The notes under the pieces: generated by a model
Database searches by the model: none
What the model saw: the letters and a program-made list of their open reading frames with translations, nothing else
Told to the model about the DNA's origin: nothing
In this document: positions 15,401-18,317 of the stretch, piece after piece
Layout of the letters: the number at the start of each line of letters is the position of its first letter
How positions within the stretch are numbered: position 1 is the first letter of the stretch
From: a virus
Reading direction: 5' to 3' (one strand)
Virus record (IMG/VR): IMGVR_UViG_3300002039_000003
Span: 1 to 18,317 of that record
DNA length: 18,317 nt
Translations under genes and position numbers: made by a program

Positions 15401-15663
15401 CCGACGCCCAAGGAGTCAACGAGGCGCTACTAGCCTCCTACTCGAAACCCACACCAACCATGACCGTATCATTCACAGCCACCAAAAGGCCAGACTACCG
15501 TGCTCAAGCAATAAGACGGCGACTAGGAGACCTCATCTCAGTCAGGATGACAACCGGAGCAGCCAAAGGCGTACACGGCACGTTCTCAATCGAATCGATC
15601 ACACACACATTCGACCGGGGAGCTAAACGGTGGACCTGCGAATGGGGGCTAGCTTCAACCTAA
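12478..15663 (+). CDS. Large minor tail / tail-tip protein (Dit-like core with additional duplicated domains)
   Basis: 1061 aa. An N-terminal ~210-aa domain is followed by the Pro linker PIPDPPPPPTIPSG. Next comes WDGDGDFDED...RVTPGQLQMRLNNDDCRFSQFN, typical of siphovirus distal tail proteins. A second copy of the N-terminal domain type lies at about aa 692-941. Confidence 0.7.
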   Translation: MTTFPTFVTSSTASTTSNSGTLTITLPSGIQADDRLLLVGVVEGIRTDATAPSGWDVLGDNDSSHTSWLLSKKATGTESGSTATFTFPTTATSAAMCWVIRGVDPATDPEASTYATGIASSVNGPGVTASWGADNNLFVAVCGASDDGATISAYPTGYNYQQQYMSGGGGTNNDQAIAVCSAQLASATGDPSLFSWSELEALSAITVAFRPIPDPPPPPTIPSGHPSGYSVGDDSSVSFSNTVTRTEADLEILVDWDGDGDFDEDIENVTGLVLDHSTTIGRDQASQYRGRVTPGQLQMRLNNDDCRFSQFNTESPLVTAPYSLDQGHKVRVQVAGTVNNDPVRIAGTRFESGIEVDDFGTPWVHQSLGGFISDDGQGVVPRQQFTGGDRSVSTLDVGTTDGVAWAEFDKKDMESEPGIMYRLSDSGTYGQVILDRRSFNKGYLQHWTRTGGGSHVMQSEVLVEDLESSAIFIDVQGDQIRYGLNGETLAYDTAFTGTGTNWGLYCIWRGKIKPRFREFQMWDRRYVPNEGVLWTGRLSSIEPSGDVNGLEIATIKAEGFLASGADVDVEGVKTVGTTGNISPGVPCGVAVGNALRQGGLLHPPGPIYSDHVIGSDYQVSGKALDLMRDAEHAEQGRLYETVEGPIGLFSRGFNTGVVHSEWADDEGAQFRFETVKLRDYRGDLVNRADAKVAPAAPTFYIGAHNAGNGPVGAEVSIALTLPDLAPFGTQPGELLFVTAVSSVYNKDTSWLTPQGFKMVVDPGANDGHPAVYVKVLTEDDINDPPQWVFYKDTDRPGGAWAYEWGVVRDWYGQIDGGVNATHTAVGGSGSSVLAARDMRIDAAPLTPPGGTAPHLFFTGLFGIDTSANFNPNVATFTDETAPHRYFYHNQKVEIHPTNPGYNAGFVLARKYGVASSETPTRFDDDFRNFQNLSAVTLAVRGREGSTLVQDSKESIAAVGAIKSWDYEGAKFDNETDAQGVNEALLASYSKPTPTMTVSFTATKRPDYRAQAIRRRLGDLISVRMTTGAAKGVHGTFSIESITHTFDRGAKRWTCEWGLAST

Positions 15664-15673
15664 AACAGAAGAA

Positions 15674-15708
15674 GCCGGTAGGGGGAAACAACCCAAAACC
15701 CTACCGGC
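15674..15708 (+). terminator. Hairpin terminator after the late operon (possibly bidirectional)
   Basis: GCCGGTAGGG (15674..15683) pairs perfectly with CCCTACCGGC (15699..15708). The loop is 15 nt. The downstream T-tract (CCTTTGG) is weak, and the upstream flank is A-rich. Confidence 0.55.
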
Positions 15709-15721
15709 CTTTGGAAGTCTA

Positions 15722-15769
15722 CCACCAAAACAGCAAAAGACCCCCACCCCGTTAAGAGTGAAGGTCTTT
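15722..15769 (-). terminator. Intrinsic terminator for the leftward operon
   Basis: AAAGACC (15736..15742) pairs with GGTCTTT (15763..15769). On the minus strand this is followed by TTTTGCTGTTTTGG (rc of 15722..15735). It lies 18 nt downstream of the last leftward ORF. Confidence 0.5.
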
Positions 15770-15786
15770 CCAGTGAAGGACAAAAG

Positions 15787-15957
15787 TTAGATCTTAAAGC
15801 TTTCACGCTCCTTCCAATAGGCCCGTACTTGCTTGTTCCAGTACTGTCGACGCTTCATAGCTGTCATCAAGTGGATGAGGTATGTAGCTGTGATGTATCC
15901 GGCTGCAAATAGTGTCATGCAAGTTAGGGTTAGGGCGATATTTGTTAAATGGATCAT
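15787..15957 (-). CDS. Small membrane protein (one TM helix plus a basic C-terminal tail); holin-like by architecture only
   Basis: My own translation, 56 aa, below the ORF-track cutoff: MIHLTNIALTLTCMTLFAAGYITATYLIHLMTAMKRRQYWNKQVRAYWKERESFKI. It lies 5 nt downstream of the preceding small ORF. Confidence 0.5.
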   Translation of the reverse strand: MIHLTNIALTLTCMTLFAAGYITATYLIHLMTAMKRRQYWNKQVRAYWKERESFKI

Positions 15958-15962
15958 GGTTG

Positions 15963-16079
15963 TTATCCTAGGCTGTTCTCTGAGATCATATGGACGGTTA
16001 GTACTGCGATGGCTAGCAGTGTGACTACGTTAGCGGCTAACGCCAACTCAATGGCTACTGATAATAGTGCTTGTTTCAT
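15963..16079 (-). CDS. Very small hydrophobic protein (38 aa, one TM helix)
   Basis: My own translation: MKQALLSVAIELALAANVVTLLAIAVLTVHMISENSLG. GAAGGAG lies 10 nt upstream. There is an ATGA start/stop overlap with the upstream 74-aa ORF. Confidence 0.45.
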   Translation of the reverse strand: MKQALLSVAIELALAANVVTLLAIAVLTVHMISENSLG

Positions 16080-16300
16080 AGGATTGTTACTCCTTCTCGG
16101 GTTATTAGGGTTGCTTGAGTGCCGTAGTAGTAGCGTTCAGAGTCTTCGCCTTCGACCTCTACTCGGTAGATGTTGATGTGCTCACCTTGGGCTATCTTGA
16201 TCGCCGTGCAGCATCGTTGCGTGAGCTGCTTACCGCCGACCTGGGTGAGTTCGAATGTGGCTTCGTTGTGCAACGTGGTGTGCTTACCTACTCGCCTCAT
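16076..16300 (-). CDS. Hypothetical protein (74 aa)
   Basis: GAGGA SD upstream. ATGA overlaps with both neighbours indicate translational coupling. I recognise no motif. Confidence 0.55.
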   Translation of the reverse strand: MRRVGKHTTLHNEATFELTQVGGKQLTQRCCTAIKIAQGEHINIYRVEVEGEDSERYYYGTQATLITREGVTIL

Positions 16301-16584
16301 GATTCCTCACTGCCAGTGTCTTCGCACAAATCATGCACGAACTTAGCGTACTCCATGACATCATGCGGGTCGAGGTCCTGCTCTTCCATTAGCAGAGTGA
16401 CCGCTTGCCGGGCGGAAGCTATCAATTCTTGTTTACTTGGAGTGGCACAGTCGTAAACGACCCAGTTGACGTCGGCCTTATATGCCACACATTCGGCCAG
16501 CAGGGTGGTTCCGTGAATCTCGTACTCGGTGATTTCTGATTGGCCTTCAACAAGGCGTTTTGAGTCGTGGAATGATACTATCAT
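16297..16584 (-). CDS. Hypothetical acidic protein (95 aa)
   Basis: AAAGGA SD upstream. It is the first gene after the candidate promoter at 16619..16646. I recognise no motif. Confidence 0.55.
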   Translation of the reverse strand: MIVSFHDSKRLVEGQSEITEYEIHGTTLLAECVAYKADVNWVVYDCATPSKQELIASARQAVTLLMEEQDLDPHDVMEYAKFVHDLCEDTGSEES

Positions 16585-16618
16585 GATTGTTTCCTTTGGC
16601 TGTTTCTTGCTTGGTTAC

Positions 16619-16646
16619 ATACTAGCCGGATCGCACGATTTGGCAA
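16619..16646 (-). promoter_or_regulatory. Candidate internal leftward promoter: TTGCCA, 16-nt spacer, TAGTAT
   Basis: The rc of 16641..16646 is TTGCCA and the rc of 16619..16624 is TAGTAT. It sits in the only intergenic gap (86 nt) of the leftward operon. Confidence 0.35.
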
Positions 16647-16670
16647 CCCGGCCAGTATAGGTCAATATGC

Positions 16671-17093
16671 CTAGTCGGCCAGATTGGCGTGCATCATGGC
16701 TGCGCTGTCGTCACCCCGGTCGAGGTCAGATATGGCCTGAGTTAACTGCTGGCGAAGTCGCCACACTTGCCCGTTACGGGCCACCACGGCGGCCAGAGAC
16801 TCGACATCCACACTGCCAGACCACCTGTAGCGATAGTTCACCATCACACGCCAGTTGTGAGTATTACCGTCGAGCGGCCCCACACCAGCATCGTTCAGAG
16901 CCTCGTAGACAGCCTTGTCGTAAGCGACCACATCGTGAAAGTCCAGGTGTTGGATCGTAGCCCAGATCGTCGCAGACATAGGGCATATGAAGTCGTCAGG
17001 AGCTACCTCTTCGTGTAGCGATCCAGGGTCGGACCCATAGACCTGGCATATTAGCTGGCGTTCCAGCTTTGCTCTAGCTTCATGAGTAGCCAT
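16671..17093 (-). CDS. DnaB N-terminal-domain-like protein (stand-alone, no ATPase domain)
   Basis: 140 aa. LERQLICQVYGSDPGSLHEEVAPDDFICPMSATIWATIQHLDFHDVVAYDKAVYEALNDAG parallels the DnaB_N pattern (E..vLG.ll.d.......l.p.dF....h..iF.ai..l......d...v...L...g). TAATG overlap with the upstream NTPase gene. Confidence 0.5.
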   Translation of the reverse strand: MATHEARAKLERQLICQVYGSDPGSLHEEVAPDDFICPMSATIWATIQHLDFHDVVAYDKAVYEALNDAGVGPLDGNTHNWRVMVNYRYRWSGSVDVESLAAVVARNGQVWRLRQQLTQAISDLDRGDDSAAMMHANLAD

Positions 17094-18317
17094 TATTTAA
17101 CTCCAACCTTGTACAGCTTGTCCTCACCCAGGAACACTAGGCCGTTACTCGCTGCCGTGTCGACAGCCTCCGCCGCCTTGTAGATCTTACGGAACCTCTT
17201 AGGATACCCGTTAGTCAACTGTCGACGTGTCTTAGGGGCCTCGGAGCACTTACCAACAACCCAGTTCAACGCCTCATCCATCTCCCTCTTAACATCATCA
17301 CCTGATTCGATATCGTCCAGCCATTGATCCCTGTAGTCCATCGAGGCGTCCAGTATGTCGATAGCGTCCATCAGGTGTTGGTTAGAGATGACACGCTCGC
17401 CGTGCATCAACGCTAACAGTCCAGCCACCTTGTGTAGAACCATAGGGTGGTGACAATCAATGTCAGCACGTTCCTCACGCTCTGACCGTTTCACTATCAT
17501 CATGTAGAGTTCTGCTGTAACGGAATCCTCCCTTTGCATGATGACAGGCAGGTTGACGCCTACGGTTAGCGGGATGCTGGCAGGTCTGGTAGGTGCGTCC
17601 CGTTTCCAGCCGTCCGGGTCGAACACTTCCTGCTGTTTAGGGGTTGCAGGTGCGAACAAGAAGCGTTGCAGCAGGCCGATACCCTGAGTGCCTGCCAGTT
17701 TGTTCAAGACTTGTGGCTGCATGCCTACGGCCATACCTAGCGTGTAGGTGCCTGGCTTTACTTCACGTGAGTCCGAAGCAAGCGACTTGGACAGATCCTC
17801 GCTCACGAACGCCGAGCAGAGCATAGGGGTTAGGTCTTCACCTTGTCGAGAAGCCGTGGCGAATAGCCCCTCTCCTTCATCTACGAACAGGGCGAGGCCG
17901 TTGTACTCGGCTGGGGTTGGTGGTGGGGCCATGCCTGATTCTTTCCCGACCTCTCCCTTCTTCACGGCGAAGCATGTAGCCAGTCCGGCTCCCGATCCGG
18001 GGTTTATAGTTCCACAAGTGTCGGGTAGGTCGACTAGGTCACGGGCGACGTTGCCCGCCTTAGATTTGCCGTCTCCTGGGCGCCCAAGGATGGCTGTGTA
18101 TAGAGATAGCCTGGTTTCTGGGGCGGCACGTGGGATGCGCTCTATGATCGTCTCAGGGTGAACGGCCCCGGCGATGCGTGTGAGGACTATGTGTAGGACA
18201 GCGGTCGGGTTGCAGAAGTTCTCATCTGCCCAGGCTTTTATGCGTGCGTAGACCTCGGACTTTTCGAAGAAGGCGTCATCTAGGTTGCCGTCGTGGAAGG
18301 CGTCATCTAGGTTGCCG
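17093..18317 (-). CDS. DUF3987/YfjI-like P-loop NTPase (putative replicative helicase/initiator), C-terminal 408 codons; the N-terminus is at 1..153
   Basis: The frame stays open upstream of the ORF-track GTG (17965) to the window edge. Walker A is LGRPGDGKS (rc of 18062..18088). Walker B-like is ALFVDEGEG (about 17870..17896). The ...GLLQRFLFA... motif is characteristic of DUF3987 as I recall it. Confidence 0.7.
   Translation of the reverse strand, partial: GNLDDAFHDGNLDDAFFEKSEVYARIKAWADENFCNPTAVLHIVLTRIAGAVHPETIIERIPRAAPETRLSLYTAILGRPGDGKSKAGNVARDLVDLPDTCGTINPGSGAGLATCFAVKKGEVGKESGMAPPPTPAEYNGLALFVDEGEGLFATASRQGEDLTPMLCSAFVSEDLSKSLASDSREVKPGTYTLGMAVGMQPQVLNKLAGTQGIGLLQRFLFAPATPKQQEVFDPDGWKRDAPTRPASIPLTVGVNLPVIMQREDSVTAELYMMIVKRSEREERADIDCHHPMVLHKVAGLLALMHGERVISNQHLMDAIDILDASMDYRDQWLDDIESGDDVKREMDEALNWVVGKCSEAPKTRRQLTNGYPKRFRKIYKAAEAVDTAASNGLVFLGEDKLYKVGVK
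18269..18317. repeat. 27-nt tandem repeat (gaaggcgtcatctaggttgccgtcgtg phase); the last 37 nt duplicate window positions 1..37
   Basis: 18269..18295 and 18296..18317 are successive copies, and the series continues at 1..49. Confidence 0.9.

Noticed and set aside
11574-15663. Diversity-generating retroelement or template/variable repeat pair in the fibre genes
   Set aside because: There is no reverse transcriptase ORF anywhere in the genome. I saw no near-identical DNA repeat pair, and the duplicated domains are similar only at protein-motif level.
15833-16176. Plus-strand ORFs 15833..16024 and 15949..16176
   Set aside because: The minus strand carries two short ORFs with SD or coupling signals, clean TM-helix sequences and a downstream terminator. 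The plus-strand ORFs have no start context and would run into the convergent terminator zone backwards.
1-18317. Integrated prophage, satellite or PICI interpretation (att sites, integrase)
   Set aside because: No integrase or excisionase-like ORF is present. The end identity lies inside a coding tandem repeat and restores a gene in frame. A full set of head, tail and packaging genes is present, so a self-sufficient virion-forming genome is the simpler reading.

Overview
The window reads as one complete small tailed-phage (siphovirus-like, HK97-type) genome, either circularly closed or terminally redundant. The first 37 nt (1..37) are identical to the last 37 nt (18281..18317). Merging them joins a minus-strand gene exactly in frame, giving a unit length of 18,280 bp. 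Layout: (i) 154..539 is a non-coding control region with ACCCAC(A) repeats in both orientations around a very AT-rich core, so it looks like an origin and promoter region. (ii) 540..1308 (+) holds two overlapping HNH endonuclease genes with very A+C-rich, T-poor composition. (iii) 1416..3114 (-) holds terS and terL, inverted relative to everything downstream. (iv) 3143..15663 (+) is a tightly packed morphogenesis operon: portal, prohead protease, HK97-type capsid, head-tail connector, three fibre-motif proteins, major tail protein, tail chaperone with a frameshift extension, a displaced HK97-gp10-like gene, tape measure, tail-collar-domain fibre and a 1061-aa tail-tip protein. (v) 15664..15786 is a convergent terminator zone. 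(vi) 15787..18317 plus 1..153 (-) is a leftward operon: two tiny membrane proteins, two small unknowns, a DnaB-N-terminal-domain-only protein and a DUF3987/YfjI-like P-loop NTPase that spans the window junction. I could not recognise an endolysin, integrase, repressor/HTH regulator, DNA polymerase, tRNA or CRISPR array. Function calls come from motif recognition in the supplied translations and from synteny, with no database search. The most interesting points are the plasmid-like replicon architecture (iterons, AT-rich core, initiator gene, possible countertranscript), the inverted terminase module with almost no promoter space, a tail-chaperone extension in the +1 rather than -1 frame, fibre-like genes in the neck-gene position, and the apparent lack of a lysin.
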